Made by a program: the position numbers and the translations under genes. Below are positions 23,782 to 33,384 of a DNA stretch of 64,000 nucleotides, one piece after another. Source of the DNA: Marinobacter sp. (GTDB taxonomy: Bacteria; Pseudomonadota; Gammaproteobacteria; Pseudomonadales; Oleiphilaceae); contig NZ_JAWLDU010000005.1 of assembly GCF_041686475.1 (NCBI RefSeq), positions 16,919 through 80,918 of the forward strand, given 5' to 3'. The notes beneath the pieces are model-generated. The model worked only from the letters and a program-made list of their open reading frames with translations. It was not told the DNA's origin and searched no databases. Positions within the stretch are counted from its first letter, which is position 1. Every line of letters begins with the position of its first letter.

Positions 23782-25440
23782 TCAGACGCTATGATAAAGG
23801 ATCTCGTCGTCATTGGGACCACCCTCCTCTCCATTCTTTCCATTGGCGCCCTCCTGTTCACTCTTGCCATCGCTTTGCGGAGTTTCACGTCCTTCCCCAT
23901 TGCCGGCTTCACCCTGCTCGTCGCTACCTGCCTCCGGAGAGCTTTTGTCAGAGCCTTCCGGGCGTATTGATTCCGTCGCCACCACATCCGCTGGGCCGCA
24001 CCAGGGAGCAACACTCCCGTTATTGCACATGGCAACCAGTGACACTGCCGTGTACTGAATACCGACATATGCAACCACCAGGGGAAGCACCAGCCGCATG
24101 ACCCAGAACCATATCCTGCGGAACAATCCCGGCGCCCTTCCCAGTATGATAAAGGTCAGGTTACGGGTCAGACACCAGCCCGCAAATATCGCAATCAGGA
24201 TACTCACCAGCGGTATCAACAAACCGCCGGCCGCCAGCTCAAGCCACCGGAAAACCGTGCCGCCGGCCAGGCGATGCTCGGACCAGACATTGAAGGACAG
24301 CAGCGTCACGAGGCCAACCAGCCATACCAGCATGCCCATCAGGAACACCGACCACCCCCGGGGAGCGCCCGTCCATTCCCGGAACCACCCGACAACCGGT
24401 TCCAGCAGGGACAGCGAGGTTGTCCATACGATCATTACAATCAACAGGAAGACCGCCGCAATCACGAACTGACTGCCGGGCAGATCCGACAATGCCAGGG
24501 GCAGGGAGAGGAACAGCAGGCCAAAGCCACGCTCTCCCTCCATGGAGTGCCCCCCGGGTACAAGAGAGTAAATCGCCAGGCCGGCAACAATGGCGATCAG
24601 CGTATCAATCAGCACCACTGCAAGTACCGAACGCTTGAGCCGGGTACCAACCGGCGTATAGGCGCCAAACAGCGTCCACACCCCCATTCCCAGGCCCAGG
24701 GTGAAGAAGGCGTGAAACAGTGCAGCCTGCACGCTCTCCGCTGTTACGTCATCAGGGTGGAAGCTGAGCATGAAACCGGAGGCACTGGTGAAATCACCAC
24801 TCCAGACAGCCAGTCCAAAAAGCGCCAGCAACATGATCAGCATTAACGGTGCAACCACGCGAACCGCCCGCTCGATTCCATCGACCACGCCCTGCATGGA
24901 TACCCAGATAACCAGCACCAGGAAGAACCCGTGCCAGGCCATGAACACGCGATAGTCCTCCGGTTCCGAGACCAGCGCAGAGAGCGTGGCCGCCGCCTGT
25001 GCTTCGCCAGCGCCCAGGAAACGGCCCATGGCGCCATAGAACACGTACGCCAGGGCAATGGCTCCGAACACGGCAGTAAAGGAAAGCACAAGAAGTGCTG
25101 CAAGAATTCCCATCCTGCCGGCCCACACCCACAAACGGGAGCGCCGGGCACTGCGCACATAACCATCCAGCGACAGCACCAGACCATGTCGTGAATGACG
25201 CCCCATGGCAGATTCGGTAATCATCAGGGGGAGCGTCACCAGTACCAGACATACCAGGTAAAGCAGAATGAACAGCCCACCACCGTGATTACCGGCCAGA
25301 TAAGGGAACTGCCACACATTCGCCAGGCCAAAGGTTGCCCCGGTTGCAGCCCAGAAAAAGGTGGTTGGCCGGGTCCAGGACCCGATGGAAGTTGCGTATG
25401 GAGTAGGCATTCCATTCCCTGACGACATCTGAGGGCACAT
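23782..25440 (-). CDS. Sodium-dependent transporter, NSS/SNF (LeuT-like) family
   Basis: GLANVWQFPY, HGGGLFILLY and AFFTLGLGMG motifs, about 12 TM helices, acidic C-terminal tail. Start codon uncertain. Confidence 0.85.
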   Translation of the reverse strand: MCPQMSSGNGMPTPYATSIGSWTRPTTFFWAATGATFGLANVWQFPYLAGNHGGGLFILLYLVCLVLVTLPLMITESAMGRHSRHGLVLSLDGYVRSARRSRLWVWAGRMGILAALLVLSFTAVFGAIALAYVFYGAMGRFLGAGEAQAAATLSALVSEPEDYRVFMAWHGFFLVLVIWVSMQGVVDGIERAVRVVAPLMLIMLLALFGLAVWSGDFTSASGFMLSFHPDDVTAESVQAALFHAFFTLGLGMGVWTLFGAYTPVGTRLKRSVLAVVLIDTLIAIVAGLAIYSLVPGGHSMEGERGFGLLFLSLPLALSDLPGSQFVIAAVFLLIVMIVWTTSLSLLEPVVGWFREWTGAPRGWSVFLMGMLVWLVGLVTLLSFNVWSEHRLAGGTVFRWLELAAGGLLIPLVSILIAIFAGWCLTRNLTFIILGRAPGLFRRIWFWVMRLVLPLVVAYVGIQYTAVSLVAMCNNGSVAPWCGPADVVATESIRPEGSDKSSPEAGSDEQGEAGNGEGRETPQSDGKSEQEGANGKNGEEGGPNDDEILYHSV

Positions 25441-25589
25441 TGTAGCGGAGTAATTGCGAACCGTACGACCAAGGATACAGCCAATCGCGTCGATTTCGTG
25501 ACCAGTCTGGCACTACTAGGCTACAATGCGCGCTTTTCCGGCATGAATACGCCCGGCAAATTCCTTGTGCGACTCCGGATCATCGATTC

Positions 25590-26069
25590 ATGAGCAAGAA
25601 GAAACCCGGCGCTCCGAGCGCCACCATTGCCCTTAACAAAAAGGCAAAACACGAATACCACATCGAGGAACGCTTCGAAGCCGGCCTGGCTCTGCTGGGC
25701 TGGGAAGTGAAATCCCTGCGTGCCGGCAAGGCGCAGCTGACCGATGCCTACGTGCTGCTGAAGGATGGTGAAGCCTGGCTGCTGGGCTCCCACATTACGC
25801 CATTGATCACTGCGTCTACCCACGTCATTGCGGACCCGACACGCACCCGCAAACTGCTATTGCACGCCAAGGAAATCGGCAAGATTGTTGGCAAGGTCAA
25901 CCAGGCAGGTTACACCTGCATCCCACTGGCGCTCTACTGGAAGAAGAACAAGGTAAAATGCGAAATTGCCCTGGTGAAAGGCAAGAAGCTGTTTGACAAG
26001 CGCGCCACCGAGAAGGAACGGGACTGGAACCGGCAGAAGCAGCGTATCCTGCGCGACACCAACCTCTGA
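25590..26069 (+). CDS. smpB: SsrA-binding protein SmpB
   Basis: [23 protein letters not shown] and GKKLFDKR motifs. Confidence 0.98.
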   Translation: MSKKKPGAPSATIALNKKAKHEYHIEERFEAGLALLGWEVKSLRAGKAQLTDAYVLLKDGEAWLLGSHITPLITASTHVIADPTRTRKLLLHAKEIGKIVGKVNQAGYTCIPLALYWKKNKVKCEIALVKGKKLFDKRATEKERDWNRQKQRILRDTNL

Positions 26070-26209
26070 CCACCACCGATAACCTGATCACGGCCCATTA
26101 AAAATTGCACAATACCTGACACCGGTCATGGGCAGCATGGGCCGGTGTGTTGCATACTCACCCTCTTTGTTAAGAATTCCAACAGGCCTATACTCGGGAG
26201 TCCCGGTGC

Positions 26210-27655
26210 ATGGCAGAGGGAGAGCTTATGTCACCAAAAAAGATACCCATGTCTGCTGTTGACCGCGCATGGCTGCGCATGGACACACCGGAAAATCCGA
26301 TGATGATCTGTGGGGTACTGACCCTGGATCAGCCGATTTCCATCAACCGCCTGAAACGGACACTCGAAGAGCGCTTCCTCTACTTTGAGCGATTTCGCCA
26401 GCGAGTGGTCGATCAGGGCGACCGCGCCTACTGGCAGGATGATCCCCTGTTTCATCTGGACAACCACCTTCACCAGATTGCCCTGCCGGGAAAGGCCGAC
26501 AAGGCCGAACTGCAGAAACTGGCCAGCGACCTGAACAGTACCTCACTGGATTTCCGCCGGCCGCTCTGGCAAATGCACTACATCGACAATTACGAGGGTG
26601 GCAGCGCCCTGGTGGTTAGAATCCATCACTGCATTGCCGATGGCATATCCCTGGTGCGGGTAATGCTCTCGCTTACCGACAAAACCCCGGAACCCAGACT
26701 GAAGCGGGTAGCGACCAAGCCACGGTCCAGCCACAAGGCAGCCTCGACACTCCAGCGCACGCTCCACAGACTGGTGGACAGCACCCATGCTGCAACAGAT
26801 CAGGCCAGGCTGTTTCTTCATTCCATGCGCGAAGAGCCCAGTTACCCCCTGAAACTGGCGTCCTCTGCCGGCGGTGTTGCCATGGACCTGCTCAAGCTGG
26901 GGCTGGCGCCGTTCGAACCCAAAACCGACCTCAAGAGCCCGCTTTCCGGGCGCAAACAGGTCTCCTGGGGCGAGCCGCTGGATCTCGAAGAAGTGAAAGC
27001 TTGCGCCAAAGCACTCGGAGGGACCGTCAACGACGCGCTGCTATACGCCACCACGGGCGCCCTGCAGCGGCATTTCGCTGCCAACAGGGAACCCATCCCG
27101 GAATGCGGGATCCGGGTAGCCGTGCCTTTCAACCTGCGGCCACTGAACCAGCCCATCGAAACCCTCGGCAACCAGTTCGGCATGGTTCTGGTGACGCTGC
27201 CTGTAGAAGTCCAGGACCCCATCATGTGTTTCCGGCAGGTACAGGAAAACATGAACCGCCTCAAACGCTCCTACCAGGCTCAGGTTACCTATAGCCTCCT
27301 TGATCTGTTCGGCCGTGGCCCCGATATACTGGAACGGCGCGCTTTGGAGCTTTTGAGCAGGAAAGCCTCTGCGGTGCTGACAAACGTCCCGGGACCCAAA
27401 GATGCCCTGTACCTCGCCGGCAGCAAACTGACCCAGCCCATGTTCTGGGTTCCCCAGAGTGGCAGCATTGGCATTGGCATCAGTATTTTAAGCTATGCCG
27501 GTACTGTTCAGTTCGGCATCACGGTCGACAAGGCAATCCATGCCAACCCGGAAGAGGTAATGAGCCACTTCCGGGAAAGCTTCCAGGCCCTGAGCCACTT
27601 AGCTCTTGCAGGCCGGAGCGGTGCCCGTGCGCGTAAGGCCAGCCAGGCCCGATAG
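26210..27655 (+). CDS. Wax ester synthase/diacylglycerol acyltransferase (WS/DGAT)
   Basis: Catalytic HHCIADG plus LDFRRPLW, GTVND and TNVPGP motifs. Confidence 0.93.
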   Translation: MAEGELMSPKKIPMSAVDRAWLRMDTPENPMMICGVLTLDQPISINRLKRTLEERFLYFERFRQRVVDQGDRAYWQDDPLFHLDNHLHQIALPGKADKAELQKLASDLNSTSLDFRRPLWQMHYIDNYEGGSALVVRIHHCIADGISLVRVMLSLTDKTPEPRLKRVATKPRSSHKAASTLQRTLHRLVDSTHAATDQARLFLHSMREEPSYPLKLASSAGGVAMDLLKLGLAPFEPKTDLKSPLSGRKQVSWGEPLDLEEVKACAKALGGTVNDALLYATTGALQRHFAANREPIPECGIRVAVPFNLRPLNQPIETLGNQFGMVLVTLPVEVQDPIMCFRQVQENMNRLKRSYQAQVTYSLLDLFGRGPDILERRALELLSRKASAVLTNVPGPKDALYLAGSKLTQPMFWVPQSGSIGIGISILSYAGTVQFGITVDKAIHANPEEVMSHFRESFQALSHLALAGRSGARARKASQAR

Positions 27656-27737
27656 GTACAACTACCGGGCCCGGCGCACAAAACTGCAACAAACAAACCT
27701 TGAAGTCCGGCAAACGGGCCACATATACTGTGAGTAA

Positions 27738-28102
27738 GGGGACGACATGGCTTCGACGCTGGTGGCGAACCCTTGGGTGCATGTCGAGATGGCAGCGAAT
27801 CTCGTTAATCCAAAGCTGCAACGCAATAGTCGCAAACGACGAAAACTACGCACTAGCAGCGTAAGCTGCTAGTCGTCCTGACCGGGTCGCCCGTAGCCCG
27901 GAAGCAACATCTCAGGACGTCATCGCTTACGGGATGCTCCGTTATCCAGAGTTCACTGGCTAACGGCTAAGATTCAAAGAACTCGGTTCTTGCACCCTGG
28001 CTCTCGGGTCGCTTGAACTTAAACCAATAGAGAGACGCTAAGCATGTAGATCTCAAGGCTGAGTACTGGCGGACGCGGGTTCAATTCCCGCCGTCTCCAC
28101 CA
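27738..28102 (+). ncRNA. ssrA: tmRNA
   Basis: 5' GGGGACG pairs with 3' CGTCTCC-ACCA (G3-U wobble); T-arm GGGTTCAATTCCC; tag ORF 27832-27864 encodes ANDENYALAA*; upstream TTGAAG-18-TATACT promoter. Confidence 0.97.
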
Positions 28103-28109
28103 ACCAACT

Positions 28110-28139
28110 AAAAAAGCCCCTGAATTCAGGGGCTTTTTT
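28110..28139. terminator. Terminator after ssrA, probably bidirectional with SRAP
   Basis: AAAAAAGCCCCTGAA/TTCAGGGGCTTTTT perfect inverted repeat. Confidence 0.85.
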
Positions 28140-28162
28140 ATGCCTGACAGTCCCGATCCGAA

Positions 28163-28843
28163 TCACGTCTCGTCCGCGGCAATCTCCTCCCCATGCCCCA
28201 TTTTCTCAAGATTCAACGGTGACTTTATCGGTTCCACCAGCAACGGTTCCCTGATTCGGGTCTTGAGCAGATGCTGCAGCGGGTCCGTGTTCGTCAGATG
28301 CGGGTCCAGCCACATATCAAACTCTTCCGGCCCGAGCATCAGCGGAATACTCTTCGGATGTATATGGCTGAACCTGGGGTGCGGCGGAAGGGTAACGATG
28401 GTAAACGAGGGCACAACATCGCCCCGGAAATCCCAGAGTTCATAAAGGCCCGCAAAAGCAATAGCGCTGTTAACGGGATGGATGTTGTAGCACTTTTTGC
28501 GGCCTTTCTCTCCGGTCCATTCGTGGAAGGCACTGGCCGGGATGATGGCCCGCTGGGAGTGAAAGCGCTGTTTCCAGAGCGGGCTGGTCCCCAGACTTCC
28601 GGCACGGGCGTTGAAGGTGCTGTATTTCGGTGAGGGCCGATATCCGCTGCCATCGGGTTTTGGCTCAATGAGCAGTGACCAGATGGCATCTTCCAGATTG
28701 CGGCCCTGCGAGGTTTCGTAAACCACCCGGGCATTTGCACCCGGGGCGATGTTTACCCGGGGCTCTATACTGAGAGGAATTCCAAGCTCCTCCAGCAGCC
28801 CCTGCACCAGGGAATCGTCACTTACGTTAAACCGGCCGCACAT
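28163..28843 (-). CDS. SRAP (YedK/HMCES) family abasic-site protein
   Basis: N-terminal MCGRF, then NIAP, FNAR, FHEW and IHPKSIPLML motifs. Confidence 0.9.
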   Translation of the reverse strand: MCGRFNVSDDSLVQGLLEELGIPLSIEPRVNIAPGANARVVYETSQGRNLEDAIWSLLIEPKPDGSGYRPSPKYSTFNARAGSLGTSPLWKQRFHSQRAIIPASAFHEWTGEKGRKKCYNIHPVNSAIAFAGLYELWDFRGDVVPSFTIVTLPPHPRFSHIHPKSIPLMLGPEEFDMWLDPHLTNTDPLQHLLKTRIREPLLVEPIKSPLNLEKMGHGEEIAADET

Positions 28844-28891
28844 GTCATTGCCCCTTTTCCGTGGTTGGGGCCACTCCCCGGCGAGACCACG

Positions 28892-30163
28892 TCAGTCAGT
28901 GGTTGAACGAACCGCTGGCTTTGCAAGCCACTCGTGTCCTTTCAGCATACCGTGCCAGTATAGCGCAGGCAGCTGCTTGGCCTTCAGGAACCAGGCCGCC
29001 CTGGTAGCTTTGGTGCCGTCATTGATCCATTTGGGGAAGCTCGGCTGCAGGACGCCGCCGTAGCCGAACTCCGCCAGCACGATCTTGCCGTTTTCCACCG
29101 TCAGTGGGCAAGAACCATAGCCAAGATAGGCCGCACGCAGCGGTTCATTGCGCAGGCTGGCGATCAGGTTTTCTGCCACTACCGGCGCCTGTTTGCGAAC
29201 CGCCGCTGCGGTCTTGGCATTGCCGGTTCCGCTGACATCACCAAGGCCAAAGATGTTGGAGAAGGTTTTGTGGCGCAGAGTGTCATCCGCCAGGTCCAGC
29301 CAGCCGTTTTCGTTGGCCAGTGCGGATTCGCGGATGAACTGCGGAGCACGCTGGGGTGGTACAGCGTGCAGCATATCGAAGCCGACTTCGCGGTCCTGGC
29401 TGTTGCCGTCGGCGTCGGAGCTTCGGAATACGGCGGTCTGCGCAGGGCCATTAACGGAAACCAGGGTGCTCTGGAAGTTCACATCGATGCCATACTTTTC
29501 AATGTAGGCTTCCAGTGCCGGCACATAGTCGGCAACGCCAAACAGGACTGCTCCGGCGTTGTGAAACTGGATGTCCAGATTTTTCAGCACGCCGTGCCTG
29601 AGCCAATAATCGGACGACAGGTACATGGCTTTCTGGGGTGCGCCGGCACACTTGATGGGCATGGGCGGCTGGGTAAAAAGGGCCGTACCCTGTTTGAGAT
29701 TCTGAACCATATCCCAGGTGTAACTGGCCATGCCCTCACGATAGTTCGAGGTTACGCCGTTGGAGCCCAGTGCGGCCTCCAGCCCCTCAATGCCGCCCCA
29801 GTAAAGTTCCAGCCCCGGAGCCAGAACCAGCATCTCGTACTGTATGGCCGAGCCATCGTCCAGCTTGATCTGGTTACGGTCCTGATCCACTGCTGCTACT
29901 GCTTTCTGATACCAGGAAACGAATTCCGGCATCACTTCCGACATGGGTCTGGAAGTCACTTCCGGCCGGAAAACACCACCCCCGACCATGGTCCAGCCGG
30001 GCTGGTAATGATGTTTGCCGGCAGGCTCGATGATGGCTATGTCGAGATTACGATCACGCTTGTAAATGCTGGCCGCTACGGAAATGCCGGCAGCTCCGCC
30101 ACCTACGATCACAACCGTATGCGTTTTGAGTTCACTCTGGGGCGTTGTTGTATTGCTGATCAT
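28892..30163 (-). CDS. sqr: Sulfide:quinone oxidoreductase, type II-like
   Basis: VGGGAAG FAD motif, YQPGWTMVGGG, and the two catalytic Cys motifs IKCAGAPQK and GYGSCPL; KTAAAVRKQAP. Confidence 0.88.
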   Translation of the reverse strand: MISNTTTPQSELKTHTVVIVGGGAAGISVAASIYKRDRNLDIAIIEPAGKHHYQPGWTMVGGGVFRPEVTSRPMSEVMPEFVSWYQKAVAAVDQDRNQIKLDDGSAIQYEMLVLAPGLELYWGGIEGLEAALGSNGVTSNYREGMASYTWDMVQNLKQGTALFTQPPMPIKCAGAPQKAMYLSSDYWLRHGVLKNLDIQFHNAGAVLFGVADYVPALEAYIEKYGIDVNFQSTLVSVNGPAQTAVFRSSDADGNSQDREVGFDMLHAVPPQRAPQFIRESALANENGWLDLADDTLRHKTFSNIFGLGDVSGTGNAKTAAAVRKQAPVVAENLIASLRNEPLRAAYLGYGSCPLTVENGKIVLAEFGYGGVLQPSFPKWINDGTKATRAAWFLKAKQLPALYWHGMLKGHEWLAKPAVRSTTD

Positions 30164-30443
30164 GCCTCGAACCTCTTGTCTTTGTTTGGAGTCTGTGGCG
30201 ATTGAGATATATTAAAGCCTACCAAACATTTGGTTCTATCGTTAGACTATTTATTCATATTGAAATCTCGCGCTCTACTTCTCAGTCATAGATTTAGATA
30301 TTTCCGATCATCGGTTAGTTATTTATAGCTTTTCTGCATTAATCACATTTAACGGGACAATTAGAAAGATAAAACCTATAGCTATATGCTAATAACTATA
30401 AAGCAAGCCTACAGCGCTTTCAGGCAACGAGGAGGACGCGCTC

Positions 30444-31352
30444 ATGAACAGATTTCAGAATTCCCCCGCAACCGAAGCAGGCACACCTGATGTGGCAGGC
30501 TTTTTCGACCCTCGTACATTCAGCGTTCAGTATGTGGTCAGCGATCCTGACACCAGGCAGTGTGCCATCATCGACCCGGTACTGGACTATGATGAAAAGT
30601 CCGGCGCAACGGCCACGCATCACGCTGATGAGCTCCTGAAGTACATTGATGCACAGGGCCTGTCGGTACAGTGGATTCTCGACACCCATCCCCACGCCGA
30701 CCATTTCTCTGCCGCCCAATACCTCAAGGAGGAAACCGGCGCCCCCACTGCTATCGGGGGCTACGTGACCGGGGTTCAGGAACTCTGGAAGGACATCTAC
30801 AACTGGCCGGAGTTTCCGGCAGACGGTTCCCAGTGGGACCATCTGTTCCGTGCCGGCGATGAATTCCGCGTCGGGAACCTGCACGGGCGGGTGATATTCT
30901 CTCCCGGGCATACCCTTGCATCCGTCACCTATGTGATTGGCGACGCAGCCTTTGTACACGACACCCTTTTCCAGCCCGATTTCGGCACTGCCCGGGCCGA
31001 TTTTCCCGGTGGCGATGCGCATCAGTTGTGGGAGTCAATCCAGGGCATACTGGCCCTGCCGGAGGATACCCGACTGTTCACCGGCCACGACTACATGCCC
31101 GGCGGCCGTGAACCTGAATGGGAAAGCACCGTGCGCGAGCAGAAACAGGCAAACAGACACCTGGCCAACACCACGGAAGAGCAGTATGTGAAGTTGCGCA
31201 ACAAACGCGACAGCGAGCTCCCCATGCCCAAGCTGATCCTCCACGCCCTTCAGGTAAATACCCGTGGCGGGAGGCTGCCTGAGCCGGAAGCCAATGGCAC
31301 GCGTTACCTGAAGATTCCACTGGACGCTCTTGAAGGTGCCGCCTGGGAATGA
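30444..31352 (+). CDS. Persulfide dioxygenase-type metallo-beta-lactamase (Blh/PDO)
   Basis: IIDPVLDYD, THPHADH, PGHT, GTARADFPGG and LQVN motifs; divergent from sqr. Confidence 0.85.
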   Translation: MNRFQNSPATEAGTPDVAGFFDPRTFSVQYVVSDPDTRQCAIIDPVLDYDEKSGATATHHADELLKYIDAQGLSVQWILDTHPHADHFSAAQYLKEETGAPTAIGGYVTGVQELWKDIYNWPEFPADGSQWDHLFRAGDEFRVGNLHGRVIFSPGHTLASVTYVIGDAAFVHDTLFQPDFGTARADFPGGDAHQLWESIQGILALPEDTRLFTGHDYMPGGREPEWESTVREQKQANRHLANTTEEQYVKLRNKRDSELPMPKLILHALQVNTRGGRLPEPEANGTRYLKIPLDALEGAAWE

Positions 31353-31517
31353 TCCCGGACTGAGAAATGAAACCCCGTTGCCGGGCCTGAAGCGCCCGGC
31401 TTTTTTGTGAAAAAAAGCGCATTTCAGACTGAAAGTGACTTTGTCACAGAAGGGTCCACATGGTCACGCTACTGTGGCGATGAGGTTTACCGATCAACCC
31501 AAAAAGGAGTTCTTTCC

Positions 31518-31961
31518 ATGATCAAATCCCTGAAAGCCCTGGCCATTGCCACACTGATTGCGGTTGCGCCATTCAGCGCTCATGCTGATAACCACAAGGA
31601 TGCCGTTGAAGAAGTGCTGGTTATCCTCTCCAGCGACTCCCTGCAAACCCAGGGCATGGCAATGGTGCTGTCCAATACCATGGCCGAAAAAGGTGCCAAA
31701 GTGAACGTGCTTCTGTGCGACAAAGCCGGTGATATGGCCCTGAAATCCTATGAAGCACCGGCACTCAAGCCAAAAGATGTAACGCCCGGGCAGATGCTCC
31801 GTGGCCTGCTCAAGAACGGAGGTGAGGCGAAAGTCTGTGCACTGTATCTCCCCAACAGCGACTATGATAAGGACGACCTGATTGACGGTGTTGGCGTTGC
31901 CATGCCGCCGGAAATGGCAGACCAGATGCTGAATCCGGGCATGCGTACGTTCACGTTCTGA
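31518..31961 (+). CDS. Secreted DsrE/DsrF-like protein
   Basis: ATG at 31518 after an AAGGAG RBS; signal peptide ending AHA; VLLCDKAGDMAL and KVCALY Cys motifs resemble the DsrE fold (judged by eye). Confidence 0.6.
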   Translation: MIKSLKALAIATLIAVAPFSAHADNHKDAVEEVLVILSSDSLQTQGMAMVLSNTMAEKGAKVNVLLCDKAGDMALKSYEAPALKPKDVTPGQMLRGLLKNGGEAKVCALYLPNSDYDKDDLIDGVGVAMPPEMADQMLNPGMRTFTF

Positions 31962-32032
31962 TTCTGTCTGGCAGCATGCCCGGGCAATTTGTCCGGGCAT
32001 GCTTCGTTCAGCAAATAACCAGAGGTGAGTAG

Positions 32033-32757
32033 ATGACCGAGGTGAAGCCCTCACGACTGCAGAATTTCCCGGTGTCCTGATTTGCGGTAATCATGGGGAT
32101 GACAGGATTCACGGTTGCCTGGCACCACGCAGAACCACTCTTTGCACTCCCTGTCCGGCCCAGCGTTGTCCTGCTGGGGTTAACGATTGTTACCTTCGTG
32201 ATTCTACTGGCTTTATACCTGACGAAGATTCTGAAATACCCGAATCAGGTCAAAGCGGAATATTCACACCCGATAAAGCTCAACTTCTTCCCCACTGTCT
32301 CCATCGGCCTGATCCTCATCAGTGTGGCTCTGCTGCCCTATAGTCATGCGCTTTCTCTGGTTTGTTGGGCCGCAGGCGCTTCTCTTCATCTGGCGTTCAC
32401 TCTTCATGTGCTTTCGGTATGGATGCACCAGACCCATTTCGAGGTTGACCACCTGAATCCAGCCTGGTTTATCCCGGTTGTTGGTAACATCCTCGTGCCG
32501 GTTGCTGGCGTCAGGCATGCGTCACCGGAGATTTCATGGTTTTTCTTCAGTGTCGGCCTGATATTCTGGCTGGTGTTACTTACCATTATTTTCTACCGCA
32601 TGCTGTTCCATCAGACTCTGCCGGCGAGATGGATGCCTTCGCCCGTATTCTCTATTACGTGGCCATCTTTCTGGCGCTGCTTACACTGCTGATAGGGATG
32701 CTGGTGTGGAGAACTGCCCGGGCTGTGCAGCGCCGGGCAATCTGTATTGAGGACTAG
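32033..32757 (+). pseudogene. TDT/SLAC1 (TehA-like) anion transporter pseudogene
   Basis: ATG at 32033 reads MTEVKPSRLQNFPVS*FAVIMG with an in-frame TGA at 32078-32080; family motifs HPIKLNFFP and NPAWFIPVVGN; the frame changes near 32625 into a shortened C-terminus (DAFARILYY...ICIED). Confidence 0.8.
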
Positions 32758-32770
32758 TGTCCAAGGAACA

Positions 32771-33316
32771 CTAGGGACGATAGATTTTTTCCGGGTTCAG
32801 GTTCATTGACCAGGGCAGGCCGTCGTTCTGCCAGCCACTGACAATTCTCATGCCCTCTTTCTTGCCTTCTTTGGCGCCGCCGCCCTGAAAGCCATTATCA
32901 ATATACTTCACATTGGTGAATCCGCGCTCCAGCAGGTACTCCGCACTGGGCTTGCCCCGGGTGGAGCCTGAACGGCACATGGTAATAATCAGAGCGTCCT
33001 TGCTGAGCCCTTTTTCCTCGAGTGCCTTTTCCACGTCCGCCGCGAAATCGGGATTGGTGTTCATGGCGAACCGGCCCTTGTCAGCCAGGAATTCAGAGCG
33101 GTCCACAAGTTTGAACGGAATGTTTTTGTCGATCACGTCTGTGTAGCCGATGAACATGATTTCCACCGGGTCCCGGACATCAACAAAAAGAATCTCATCC
33201 CCCTTTTCCTGGACCATGTCGTAGGTCTGCTGAGGCGTGAGAGACAGGGCATCTTCGGCATAGGCGTTAGCACCGAAGACAAAGGCTGTTAACAAAGCAA
33301 ATACCAGATGTTTCAT
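32771..33316 (-). CDS. Secreted single-domain rhodanese
   Basis: Signal peptide ending AYA; FVDVRDPVE, active loop CRSGSTRG, GW..GLPW. Confidence 0.85.
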   Translation of the reverse strand: MKHLVFALLTAFVFGANAYAEDALSLTPQQTYDMVQEKGDEILFVDVRDPVEIMFIGYTDVIDKNIPFKLVDRSEFLADKGRFAMNTNPDFAADVEKALEEKGLSKDALIITMCRSGSTRGKPSAEYLLERGFTNVKYIDNGFQGGGAKEGKKEGMRIVSGWQNDGLPWSMNLNPEKIYRP

Positions 33317-33384
33317 CGTCGTTTCCTCCTGGAAAAGAACACGCCTGCCAACCAGCAGGCGCTTTTTTTACTCCGCGAACGCGA

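Noticed and set aside
27662-27853. Small minus-strand ORFs over the 5' part of tmRNA
   Set aside because: Antisense to ssrA, with no coding signal.
28103-28162. Prophage or integrative element at tmRNA
   Set aside because: No integrase, phage genes or att duplication seen; a native-looking terminator follows ssrA directly.
32078-32080. In-frame TGA as a selenocysteine or read-through codon
   Set aside because: It falls at a probable Trp position in a membrane helix, and the gene has further lesions; a nonsense mutation is the simpler explanation.
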